From: Convolutriloba macropyga
Taxonomy: Eukaryota
Length of the DNA: 64,000 nucleotides
Direction of reading: 5' to 3'
Assembly: GCF_964194025.1 (NCBI RefSeq)
Contig: NC_134468.1
Span: 23,064,001-23,128,000, forward strand
In this document: in pieces, positions 9,201 to 21,504 of the stretch
Layout: every line of letters starts with the position of its first letter
Position numbering within the stretch: position 1 is the stretch's first letter
Program-made: the position numbers and the translations under genes
The notes under the pieces: generated by a model
Database searches by the model: none
The model's input: the letters and a program-made list of their open reading frames with translations, nothing else
What the model was told of the DNA's origin: nothing

Positions 9201-12200
9201 ATTTTTCAGTGATTGATTTTGTAATCATATATAAAACCTTGACTTGGGTAGGTTTTCACGAACTCTGAGACTTTTGGTTGAGTTGATCCAAGACTTTATT
9301 TGTTGACTCGTTATTAGTTTTTAGTCAGAGGAATCAGTTAATGCTTTTGATATTAGATTGAAAACGTGTGGTTTTCTATTGCATCTGGGAAACTATTAAT
9401 GCTTTAGTGTTTTAATTTTGAAATCATATTAGGTCTTAGAAACTGCATTGTTGTTTTCCGCTGAATAGGTTGAAAGTTTCTTCAGATAATGATGAAACAG
9501 GGAAACATCTAACTTTTCCTACTATTTGATTTTGGGAAAGAACTAAACCCAGAAATAATCTAAATAGATATTTTCTTCTATTGACACTATAGCTGATATC
9601 ATTCATAATGTTGAGCTGAATATTTTCAAGTTTGTCAGAACTGTCTATACGAGGAACTGCCTTGAAGAAATAATTCATCCCATGAACAAATTGTCGAGTT
9701 CTAGGTTAAATTATGTACTGAAAAACTAACCCCATAAAAAACGTAAATCAAAATGAGTATTGTATCATGAATGTTTGTATGTTTTAGATGAGTGTGTTAT
9801 TCAAACGAGATGTGAAACAATTATACAGAAATCCAGAGTGCCTTTTTGGCCAGGTAAGTACTCAACTCTGGTATATTTTCTCTTCTTCCAATTCTGCAAT
9901 CTTTTTTGAGTAGCTTTGACTGAGATCTGATGGTGAATGAACTTTACAGCTAGCTTTCTTAACAGTTAGTTTGCGTTTTCTATGCTTTGATGAGCCTAAC
10001 TTCAGACTTAATAGATCCAAAAACATCTTGCGTTAGTGAATTCCGTTGATCAATTACAAGATTCCTACAGTTCCTAGATTAACGGATGCTCAAAATGATT
10101 GAATCAATTAAAGCCCGCATGCCTTTTAAAATTTTTTTATGATCATTGTACGACTGCAAAATTATCTATGACCTTGTTTGATTAATAAAATTCAATATTG
10201 AGCAGCGTGGTTACATAGCTTTAAAATCATCTTGCTGTCACTTTGACGCCAAGAATGTCATATTAGTGTCTGTGTGAGGATAGCGATCCAGCATGAGGCA
10301 AAGAAAAACGTGACTTGTAAACTATTCGTGGTTGCAATGTCCAAGTAGTTTCCTCATTTCTTAAATTTCTTGTACGTAAATTTATCCAATTAGGTTGTTT
10401 GGCCGGTGAAGTTCAAGCGTTTCGCTAGAGTTCTCCTCTCATTCTGCTAAACGACCATTCGTCTAAAATTCTGATATTATGTGGCGCATCTCCAAATTGC
10501 TGTTACAATAGCTCGTCACCCAAAAAATTATTGTTTTGCTCCCCTCTGAAAAGGTTATATTTTTTTCATACTATTGTTCCTAGTATAATACATCAACAGC
10601 CATACATGTAACAATTTTTCAGGAAAGTTTTAGCTGTAGGCTGTAAATACGAGCTTTACAAAGCTCGTAATTACTAAAAATGCAACAAGAACAAGTTTTT
10701 GGTTGATCTTTACATTATATGCATTACTGTACACATATTTTTTTCAACCGGGGTGGAGGGGGGGGGGGGCGCTAGCGGAAAAGAACCGACATACGTGACC
10801 GAAACAGCATGAATTTCATCATATGTATTTGCAGCTAAATATAACCATTTTCAATTGTTTCTAGCATGTAAATAGCCAAAAATATTATTGCTTGAAAATT
10901 AAACTGCTAAACATCTACTTACCCCAAAATGAGTATTGTGAGAGAAATTTTTGAAAATAATCACGATTTCAGCTTTCTTTCATTTCGGTCTGATTGACAT
11001 TATCGTAGTTATTAATTGCTTTCGAACGAAACATGAAGTAATTAATGTGAATGTGTCTGCTCTTATGCAAAATTTTGCCTTACTGTTTTCTTCTAGAAAA
11101 TTGTTTCGATTTCAATTCTTGAGTGGTTTTTGCAGGCGTGACTTCTTGATTTTATGCAAGTCCAATGTGGCTCTTGTTGGAAAATTAAGTCTGCGCTGCG
11201 CAAAAAAAACCGGTATATACAGGACGGATACCCCAGTGTTAAGTGCTGCAGTCTAGGACGCAGGAGGTCGGGAGTTCAAATCAATCATTTGTCTGAATTT
11301 TTGAACCCATAAAAAAGTTTTCTTTGTACAGCGATAGACAGCATTAGTACAGTAGTTGTACAGCATTATCGCCTGTCGTTCGAGAGCAATTCGTCTGGTC
11401 CGACGTTAGTCGGTTTATGTTTATATTCTTCAACCATGGACACGAGTGACTTATGGACAAGTGTAACTATGAGCGTAAAAAAGTGAAAAACTTTCGTCAC
11501 TGTTGTCCACACTCCTTCCAAAAAGGCATGGTGAAAAAGTGTGACAGATACCACGATACTCTGAGCCAAATTGAACTAAATTTGCTTAATGACACAAATC
11601 TGAATTTTAAAACATGGTCGTGAAAAGAGTGACTCACTCGAATATATTTACTCAAGAAAAAGTGAATTTTCCACGTTATTTAGCTTCTTTTCTCCCTGTG
11701 TCCACTTACCTGTATCCAGACTCTCGTGCGTTGACTTATGATATGCAGACGATGCAATTTTGAACGCACGTCGCCCTCCTGATGCGTTCATTTCTGTCTG
11801 AACATATCGACTTTCGGCATGGGACCTCAGCCTGGGTGGGATTGCATGTATGAGGATTGCTTGCTAATCCCAGATAATTAACTCGGCCCTCAAATGTACC
11901 AATTCGAACCTAACAACGTAACCTAAAAAGACAGCCTTTTTTGTACTAGGTGATAATAGCGACTCTGTTGTCTCTGCTGTTTGGTGCCCTGTATTGGCAG
12001 AGTGAACTGAGTCCGGACAGAGGATTCCAGAACAGACACGGCCTCTTCTTCTTCCTCTCTCTGTCCCTGATGATGATGAACCTAGCACACATAGAGTTAT
12101 TCATCAGCCAACAAAAGCTATTCTTGTGAGTACCCCAGTCAACTTCCAATGGCTACCTCTCTTTCAAGAATCTTGCAAACATTTTGCAAGACATTACATA

Positions 12201-15200
12201 GTGTTGAACTATTTTATTCCAAGGTCATATGGGAAAACATATGGGTGTATGATTTATCACGTTAAACGAAAAACATGTTATATTAAAAGAAGACGTCATT
12301 TGTTTTGCGAGAAGTACAACTTTATTCTATGTCTTTATCAACTATCTTACGTTCATCAATGGCTAATCTCGCAAATATTGCGACATGTTGTCAAAAATTA
12401 ATGAATTTCCCAATTTTATTCAAAAACTGCTGCTCGCTTTGTGGGTACCTGTTTGGAAATTTTATTGCACAGTATACTTTGAGTTTGCAGACCCAGACCG
12501 CATTTTGTTATCGTGTATCGAAATCGGAATATTTGCGGTTATTTGACATCTTATGAAGGACTTATTGTTATGATCACCATGTATTGTGTTTTTTCAGTCA
12601 CGAATACGCCAATGGCTTCTTCTACATGTTGCCCTACTTCTTGTCCAACGTGCTGTTTGACCTTCTGACCTTGAGAGTGGTGCCAGCTATGATCATGGGC
12701 ATCACACTCACATACACTGTCGGTTAGCACTCACAATCTATTGGAACTAGTGCGCACATTGTTTTTTTCTCTAGTCCTTAGTTTTTTCAGTTCTCAGGGT
12801 TGTTATTTGGCACATGTTCAGCTGTGTATTTTTTAATTCTTTGTCAATATTTTTGTTCGGTAGCTACGATGTTATGAAATCACGATTACTTCGAATTTGC
12901 TTTTGTTCATTCATTCATTCAATCATTTAATTTCTTTGAGTGAAATGTGTACATGACGTCCTTTTTCAGTCTCCGTGGAGCGAGTTTGTTGTTCATTTGC
13001 CTGATTGAATTTTTGTTCACACGTGACTTACAACACTGTCAAAAATGACTTTCTTACTATCAAATTAAATTTTTCCTTAATTCAGGAAGATAATGCTAAG
13101 TGACGGTTTATCACTCTAATTGAAGGTTATTTCAGAGCAACTAATAGAAACAGCATTAAATTAGGCAGATTCGTAATCAAAAATAACAACTCAGCAATTA
13201 ATAAACGTAATAGAAATTTCTATTTTTCGGTTTTTAGTATCTTTTTGAGACTGCAGGTTTACAAACCTATCGCGGCTATTTTCTGGCAATCTGCAAGCTA
13301 TGTTCATCAAAAGCCTTCATTAAATTGTGGCACTGTTATATGTTTTGGCAGCTTTCTTGGAGCTCCATTGTTTGATTGAAAAGTTAATTAGCCCGTCTTT
13401 TTAATTATTTGCATTGTCGAAAAAAGTTGACTGAGTATTTTCTAATTGAACCCTGGATGTGATTGGTTCCATAGGTCTCCGATCAGATTTTGAGCACCTG
13501 TTGTTCTTTCTGCTGATGTTGATCCTGTTGGCTGTGAGTGGCTGTGGGGTGTCCTACCTGACGACGTCCCTCCTCAAGACATTCTACATCTCACACATCT
13601 CAGTCATTCTCGTATTCGTTGTCATGATGGTAAGGAAAAATAAAACCGACACTGAAGAGAATTTTAAAAAGGCAATTATGTCTTGATCTGATCAACCACA
13701 ATAATTTGAATTGAACAGAAAAATTTCTATTTTGTTAGAAACGTGCTCTGAACGTGCAATAATTATATTGCATTGAGGATTATCCAAAAGCGTGAAAAGC
13801 GATCCAATATCGTAAAGAAAACAACTTACTCGTGGTCCTGTTAAGATCCAAGACCATTCTTTTGGTTCGATTCTGTCAGGCTCTCCGCTGATATTTTCGC
13901 AAAAAAATGAAAATCTTCTTACCGAAAAGAACGTTTTATTAAGCCCTGAGGTGACTGTTTTGAGAATCTGCATGTTTCAGGTGTTTGCGGGTCTGATAAT
14001 CAACCTGAAGACGTTGCCAGAGTGGGTGGAGTTCCTAAAGTACATCAGTCTAGTCTACTACGGAGTATCTGTGAGTAAATTAACTTCTTCATTGTTATTC
14101 CAACCCTCAAAATTTATGAAGGCGCTGGTAACCTGAGGCAAGCACTTCTTTTTTGGTGAGCTAATTTTGGCCGATTGGTGTCTTTTGCGGAGATGTAAAA
14201 GTGGTGTCACTGAGAAGCTCTTCAAAAATCAAATTATTTCCTGAATTTTTTTCCCCAATTACCGATTAATTGTTTGAAAGACAATGAAGATTCGCAGCAA
14301 TTATTTGGGAAATATTGGTCGTTTTAAAGCAATTTTTTTTCTCAGCGAAATATTCACTTACGAAATATTCAACCAACTTTTCAGTTCAATGGTTTTTTTC
14401 TAACCAGATCATTAAGTCGCTTTGCACTTCTTTTTAGCTTGACGTGGAAATTTTGGGAGATCCTAGATTTACACTTTAATTGCCTCCCTCACTCAGTGAG
14501 GCTCGCCTACTTGAAACGAGCTATTATCAAAGCCAATCCATGGCCAGTCGTTAGAGAGCATTTCTTTCAGCCTTCAGGCTGTCGTGTTTAATTCTTTTTT
14601 TCAATCGCTTCTGAAAGTTAAGCTTCTTCTAACTGCACTGTGACAACAGAATGCTCGCATTGCATTTTTACTGCGTATGTTTACTGCGTACATTTTATCT
14701 CACAGCTAGGACGTCGAAAATTTAACGGCATAGCCATCTACATGAACAATTCATACACAAATATAACCAAAAATTGTGATATTTTAATTTTTGGCTGATC
14801 ACATATCTTTTTAATTATGGGCATCACGTAACTGAAGTTCTTGATAATTTTTCTCATATTTCTCGAATTTTGCCTTGATGTGATATTTTTTAGGGTCTAT
14901 CAGTGAACGAGTTCCACGGCCTTCAGTTCTGTGGGAGGACCTCCATCAATGATGCATGTCCTGGGATGGAGATGGCTCTCTCAGAGGCACAGTTTGTGGA
15001 CTCAGGCAGTGGAGATACATTTGACAGAGCAATGATGTCATTTATGAGCAATCCAGACACTGCTGCCAAATTTTTCTCCAAACAACTCGATATTTGGTAA
15101 GATATATCAAATGCTAAAACTGTTAAATATCTGAAACGGAAGGCTTTCTGTTTGCTGAAAAATATTTTGACGCAACCAGAAATTTTACATCATGTAGAAA

Positions 15201-17401
15201 ATGACCAAACTTTCATCGAGATAGCTTTACTTGTATCAGTTTTTAGCAAGTAAATGATTTATAAAAATTACAACATCAAGCTTGTGGGATTTAATGTCTT
15301 CATCACAGTATGACGACTTTAGGAAATCTTAGAAAGAATTTAAGCAACTAATTTCCACTGATCGGACATTTATCCGCTGAGATACTATTTTTATCGGAAT
15401 CAAAAACAACCGAGCCAAAAATAAGCGAGCACGCAGATAAGAACTGAGTGAGTGAGCCCAAAAAACCGGGAATTTAATATGTAGTAGTGCTACATACAAT
15501 ACAACGCTCATATGTTTTTATTACTATCTGATGCAATACTACCGTGTTGTTGCCATATTGTACGTTGAAATAGTGAATCAACCAATCAGACTATGTTCAA
15601 TCAGACAAACTGCAAAAAGTATAAACCATCAATATAAAAAACAGTAAATTTTTAGAGGAAGTTGTAGTTTTTTTCCATCTCTGCGAGGTTACAATCCACT
15701 GGCTGGGAATTCAAGCCCAGCAGCAGACACATAGCCGTAAATAACACTAAACTCAGCTAAGCGCGGCGGCTAAATGCTTAGCGATGTGGCTGAAGCAGTA
15801 TGAGCTAAAACTTAGTTTAATTTCCTACATCATTAGTCCATACAAGTATGCGCTATACGTGATGAGTGTAACTAAGTACTCATATTCAATACATTATCTC
15901 ATTATCTGGTGTTTGAGTTTTTTCTCTTGTCATTAAATTTGGACGTGAGATAGTTCGATGATAAAGAGTTTTGAGAATTTTGCAATTTGCCACCTGAGTT
16001 TTTGCGAGAAAACAAGCAAGATCAATTTTTCTGCTCAACTTATCATCGAGCAAGTGTTATTGTTCCCGTATGGCATCCAAGAAGATTTCATGTTCTTGAA
16101 ACGCACCATTTTTTATGCGTAGTTTCTCTGAGTAACTCTTATCATCGGAAAGTGACCCGGGGATATGACATTGGATGCGGCCGCGTGTCGTGATTTGGAT
16201 AATTCACAGAACAGGGCTGGCATTCGTTGTTGTAAAGTTGTTTATTACTGCTCTCAAACGAGCAGTAATACTCCCGAACCCCTCCCCAACACCCCCTCTC
16301 GTTTCACCCCCCTCCCCCCAATCCCACTTCTGCACAACGGTCAGGTCATAAGGGCACCGTGTAGCTAAAAAACGCCCTCCAACCGTTGCCCCCTCGCTGT
16401 TGCCCCCACCCCCTGGTGAACCCCCAGCCGCGCTCACCTCACGCTCATTCAATTAAACTAAAGCTAGACTCACTAAACCGTGGCTAGCTACTGTCGAAGC
16501 CAACCGCTCACCGGCTGTTTGAGAGCAATTCGCGCGACGTTAGTCGGTTACGTTAATTTTATGGTAGAGCTACTTACATTTATCCGCCCAAACTACATTT
16601 ATCCGGCTTAAAAATTGGCAGAATTTTGACGGAAGTAAAATCTGCACTATGTGTTTCACCCATATTTTAAAGTGTGAAAATTACTTACAATTGTGGGCAA
16701 ATTCTCCCTTTGCAATTCAGTACTAGCTGTAGAGAGAAATAAATTTATTTCATCGCCCAAATCTGATCTCTTGTCAGTTCATTTGAACTTTGAAAAATTA
16801 CATTGAACATTTTATGAATTTTTTATTGAGCAACTCTGACTACATTAGAGGTTGACGCTGACCTAAATCAATCATAATGTGATTTTAGGGGACCTGTGGG
16901 ATCGTAGAAAATAGTTTTATATAGTAACAAGACAATATCCTTGAGCTGCCCTCAGAATTTCCAAAACGTTGATAATCAGGAGTTTGCGTCTGTTTTGGTT
17001 CACTACTCCCGTGTATGGTCCAAGTTTTTATGTGGTCTGATCAAAGTCAAATTGCGCATCTCTTCCTGGGGAAACAGATGAACGACAAATTTTCTTATTT
17101 GCACCCCTGCAATAAATTTTTTTCAACCCCATCAAAAAATAAAAACTTTAGTAAAAACCAAATTTTTCTATATATTTAAAAATACCAATGAAATAAAATC
17201 AAACTGCTTTTCGTTTGACTTCATGGGTTTATTGACCAAACCAAAATTTTATTTAGTGTGGCAGGCGAAGCTGGTTTGGATATTCAGGGCATTGACTACA
17301 AGAATGTGAACAAGTGGTTCTACGCGTTCATGACCCTTGTGGGGGCGCTCATTGCTTACACACTCACATTCTTCAGGCTTTACTTCTCAAACAGAAGATA
17401 A
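6291..17401 (+). CDS. ABCG2/White-family ABC half transporter, 3' nine exons (linker plus transmembrane domain); the NBD exons lie upstream of the window
   Basis: Exons 6291-6516, 6820-6995, 9788-9853, 11950-12125, 12598-12722, 13475-13629, 13981-14070, 14894-15096 and 17257-17401 all have AG/GT boundaries and compatible phases. The spliced protein includes FGTQMSVLFKRDVKQLYRNP, GFQNRHGLFFF, ELFISQQKLFFHEYANGFF, VFAGLIINLKTLPEWVEFLKYIS, NEFHGLQFC and CVAGEAGLDIQGI, collinear with the ABCG2 TMD. The first two (linker) exons are less certain. Confidence 0.92.
7785..8790 (+). mobile_element. HINE family 1 copy (Helentron-associated, non-autonomous), intronic
   Basis: 7790-8330 is similar to 18205-18730, and 8380-8790 is similar to 12890-13304. 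It ends in gcggcta plus the hairpin ctggcaatctgccag. The 5' end is unclear. Confidence 0.6.
11225..11285 (+). mobile_element. Degenerate tRNA-derived SINE head
   Basis: A-box-like accccagtgttaag and B-box-like gagttcaaatc at tRNA-like spacing. Confidence 0.3.
11368..11416 (+). mobile_element. 3' end of HINE family 2
   Basis: gttcgagagcaatt plus the hairpin ccgacgttagtcgg, as at 16517-16547 and 41617-41646. Confidence 0.55.
12885..13304 (+). mobile_element. HINE family 1, 3' fragment
   Basis: Similar to 8380-8790; ends gcggctattttctggcaatctgcaagctatgtt. Confidence 0.6.
16243..16549 (+). mobile_element. HINE family 2, short copy
   Basis: 5' palindrome tattactgctctcaaacgagcagtaata, 3' subTIR gtttgagagcaa, terminal hairpin cgacgttagtcg, and a C-rich interior. 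Confidence 0.7.
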
Positions 17402-18140
17402 CAACCAACTAACAGTGGGGGAGAATACATCACACATAGCCAATTGGATGACCTCTTTAGACAGTTGCAGATATAATCGAACTCCTCCTTGAAGCCACTA
17501 AACTTGATCGTTGCCAAATAGTGAAACTAATTTACAATCAACGATAGATTCTTCTATTTGTTACCTTATGCAAATCTATGTGACATGTGTCAGGTCTCTG
17601 ATATCTTTGACCAAACTAAGGGAAACTGTTTTATGTTTGACGTGCTTGACAGAATAATGATGAATTGGGCATTTTTGAAACTAATTTGTATAGTAAAGAA
17701 ATTTATGTTTGTAGACTTAAAATTCGTTTCGGTAGTTTAGAACCTCCGAGATGGGTATTCGAACCATGGTCAAATTAATTTGTCATTTCGACATGATGTT
17801 GCTGTCTTTTTGCTTTTTCAGAGAACGAATGACTGAACTATTAATGCTACGAACTATGAGTTTTATGCCACCTTTAGAGTTTAAAGAATAAAAAACTAAC
17901 AACAGGCACTGGTCCAGAACGATACGTTTAAAAATTGTTTTAAAATGTTTGCCAGGTTTCACTTTTATTTTAACCTTACAAACAAGGGAAAAAGAGTTTA
18001 CCTAACTACTCCACTATCAATTATGGGAGAAGGCACCGCAAGAGCGTAATATTGAGAAAACCGAATGAAATCACATTTATAAAACCATTTTTTTTGTTCA
18101 ATGGCTGTAAACGAAACACGTTTTTGTAAAGAAGATTTTT

Positions 18141-19174
18141 AATAGCCGCCGTCAGCCTCTCAGCGGCTATTATTTAGGCGCTCTCCCTTTTTTACAATTG
18201 AAAGAATTTGAATTATATTGGGGCGTTGAATTTTTTTTAAGATCTGTTCACACGTTTTCATGATTTTTGAACTCAAATTGGCTTAGTGATTTTGGTCACA
18301 ACTAAACAGGAAAAGGAGCCAAAAAGCGACTGGTTTTTCAGCGTAAAATTTTGTTACTCTAATTTTAAAGTAGAGTGAGAAAACGGTGTTTGAACAAAAA
18401 TCCGCTTTCTCGCTACTGATGTTTTGTTCACATGCAGCAATTTCATTTTGATGTTTACTGTTTTTTCAATTTTTTGGATCGGATTTTTTTCTTAAAGTTT
18501 TCCCAATCCCTTCACTGTTCATTCTAGGCCTAGTTTTTTTTGTTTGAACCAAATTTTCCTTTCTTGCTAGTGATTTTTGTTCGCATGCGGTATTTTGACT
18601 TTGATTTTCTGCTTTTTATCTGATTTATTTTGGAAATGGTTTTCCCAATTCACTCATAGTCCATTATTAGTCTATTTTTTGTTTAGTCAATGAAAATTCT
18701 TTGATTTGTACGCCAGGACTTGTCCTGCTATGTTTTTTAATTGGCTTTACCTTTTATTCATGTTTTTCGTTTTACATAAGTCACGATTTTCACGCTTGAC
18801 TTACTTCACCCACTATTTCAATTGAATGGATTTTAAATTTTTTTCACGTATTGAATTACGCAATGTCGTGATTACAGTCAATGTCAAAAAATCAAAATAA
18901 AAAGAGACGGGATAAACCGATAAAGCTCGGTCATTAAGTCAATTAGGATTAGGTTATCAAAGTTCCTTAGAGTTTTTGTTAGCTCACATTGGTATTAAGC
19001 TTATAATCTTTCAGTTTAGAAGCTGTTTTAAGAACAGTTTAGAACACTTTTTGACACTGGAAAACAGAGAAAAATTCGTTTAATGTTTCTTCTATTTTTC
19101 GTTTTCTGTTTCAATCCCGAAATGAATTAAGCACGTAAACGGCGGCTATTTTCCGGCAATCTGCCGGCTATGTT
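18141..19174 (+). mobile_element. HINE family 1, complete copy
   Basis: 5' aatagccgccgt with short IR gcggctatt; the exact 12-bp reverse complement acggcggctatt at 19139-19150 is followed by the hairpin ccggcaatctgccgg. T-rich flanks. DINE-1-like architecture. Confidence 0.78.
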
Positions 19175-20741
19175 ACTAAACAATTTGGTCAGAATTCACA
19201 ACTTATCTAGAATGAATAATTTTATGAATAATTTAACAGCTTTTTGTATAGTTAAACGATTTTTGAGCGTATTGGTGTTCGCTCTTTTTTTTACTTAACT
19301 AAATTTTCACAAAATGTTTTCATTTTCAAATGGGACTGAGTTGCGTAAATGTTTTTTTTGTTTATGGTTTTTGATGCAAATTATGTACAGATTTTAACTG
19401 AAATAAGACGGCTCGCAAGAAGCTGCGCGAAGCACAGAATGATCCACCATGCGTCTCAAATTTGTGAAAACTGCTTTTGTTCAAAGACGGAGAGCTTTTT
19501 GAATATCTTTTTTTTGGATTCTAAATTTGAAACATTTTTTTCTCGTATTAACCTTGAGTACAACTATTTTATTTTTTTAAAAACAAAAGTTATACTTATG
19601 CGCTGAAATAGTTTTACCAGATGAAAAACCAACGTCATATATTTTGCAAATAAATAAGATTTTCTCGCAAAAGTTACAGATAAAAAAGATCAAAGTTTAA
19701 AATTTTTTTAACGAAAAAAAATCAGAAAGTAGAGCCGAAATATATGTCAAGTTCTGTCTTTTTAGCAAAATGTTAACACAAATAATTTTAATTCATTTGA
19801 TCTTTTTTTGAAAGATTTTAAACATTTGTATTTTAAAATAAACCAAACAAATAATTTTTTCTTTCTTCTCATTATTTACGTTTCAAATCAAAGAAAAAAT
19901 TTGATTTTATAAAAAAAATTATTGACTGAAAAACTGGCGTTTTAATAGATCAATTGTCTCAGGCAGGATGCTTTTCGTATTTGATGGCTTCATGCTTCAA
20001 TTGAATTTTGATCAGTTGGAGAAACTTCAAAAGACAACCAAGTATCAGCTCAGAAGAACAGAGTGTTGTTGGAAAATAAAGTTTTTCTTCGTTTTTTCTC
20101 ATCACTTAATTTTGTTTATTTTTACAAAGTTCTCATGAGTGACCAATTACAATAACCGAACAATGAAAACTTCATTTACCCGGAGAATTTTGTTTCCAAA
20201 AGTATTTTGGTCTAATAAAAAAATAAAACTTCACTACAATAAAAACAATCAATTTTTTATTTGTTTCGAATAAACTGAAAAATAACTCAAATGGAAATTC
20301 CGTTAAATCAGTCTTGAGGACATTTGTGCTGCTAATTAATAGGAAATTAACTAAACAACGATTGATTCGAAGAAATTTTATGTCTCTAAATTGAAATTTA
20401 AAAAAAATGGGGAAAATATTTTTCTGCTCTCGAGTCTATACTATAGGGATGATTTTGGATATCCATATTTTTGTCTTACTTTTTTATTGATCCTAAAAGA
20501 ATGACCTAACTACTTTAAATGTCAAAATGAGCGCCCCAAAAATGGGACACACAGTCAGTTACAAGCTACATTATTGCCAGAAAAAAATGAGTTTTTATTT
20601 CGTCAAAAAATCTTTCGATTTGAGTCTTTTACATCTATATATTAATTCTAACTCGAATGCTATGTCACCATGTTTAAGCTCCTAATCTTCACATGTTTTA
20701 GCGTCCCTTGAACATGCAGCCTAGCGTTTTGCATGCATTTT

Positions 20742-20826
20742 GAGCGCTGCGAGGTGGATTCGAACCGGGGTCTGTTGAGTTCGATCAGGGTATAAAAACT
20801 TTCGCAAACCACTAGGCTAAATCCCT
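20742..20826 (-). mobile_element. tRNA-derived SINE head or tRNA pseudogene
   Basis: Minus strand carries A box TAGCCTAGTGG and B box GGTTCGAATCC; no convincing cloverleaf. Confidence 0.55.
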
Positions 20827-20924
20827 TGCTGTTATCCATCAATTAGTTCAACTTGGACAGAGAGCCACTGAACACCATGCGCCACATCGTTTTGCATGCA
20901 TGCTTGCTATTGCCAGAATAGCCT

Positions 20925-21247
20925 TTGACCGAAAAGCTACCTATGCCGTAAAGGTCAATGACTGATTAGCCGTGGATGCAAAAATAGGTCATTGACCGAA
21001 AAACTGCCAATGTCCGAAAAGCTGCCCGTGCCAAAAAGGTCATTGACCGAAAAACTGCGGATGCAAAAATAGGTCTATGACCTAAAAGCTACCTATGCCT
21101 TAAAGGTCAATGAATGATTAGCCGTGGATGAAAAAATAGGTCATTGACCAAAAAGCTACACAAGTCCGAAAACCTGCCTGAGCCAAAAAGGTCAACGATC
21201 GAAAAACTGGGGATGCAAAAATAGGAGGTCAATGACTGAAAACCTGC
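20925..21247. repeat. Minisatellite of ~30-bp monomers arranged in a ~152-bp higher-order repeat
   Basis: aaagctacctatgcc at 20933 and 21085; recurrent aggtca(t/a)tgac cores. Confidence 0.75.
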
Positions 21248-21504
21248 TTATAAAAATTTATTCCATCACAGAAAAATTTGTCACACGAAAACAGTCTTTG
21301 AATGACATTTGCGATGCATCACAGATGTTGACAGAATAAAGATTCTTTAAGTAAAAGTCCGAAATGAAATCGAAGATGAAAAGTTGTCCATTTAAATGAT
21401 AAAAAATGATAAAGAAATTTGAATTACCTAGATAGAAGTAAATAGAAGTGGAACACGGTCAAGATTTTGTGTAGTTTTTAAATTCTCAACAAAGATTGTT
21501 GCGA

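Noticed and set aside
20742-20826. Functional tRNA gene (also considered at 31872-31945 and 11225-11285)
   Set aside because: A and B boxes are present, but acceptor and anticodon stems do not pair; treated as SINE heads.
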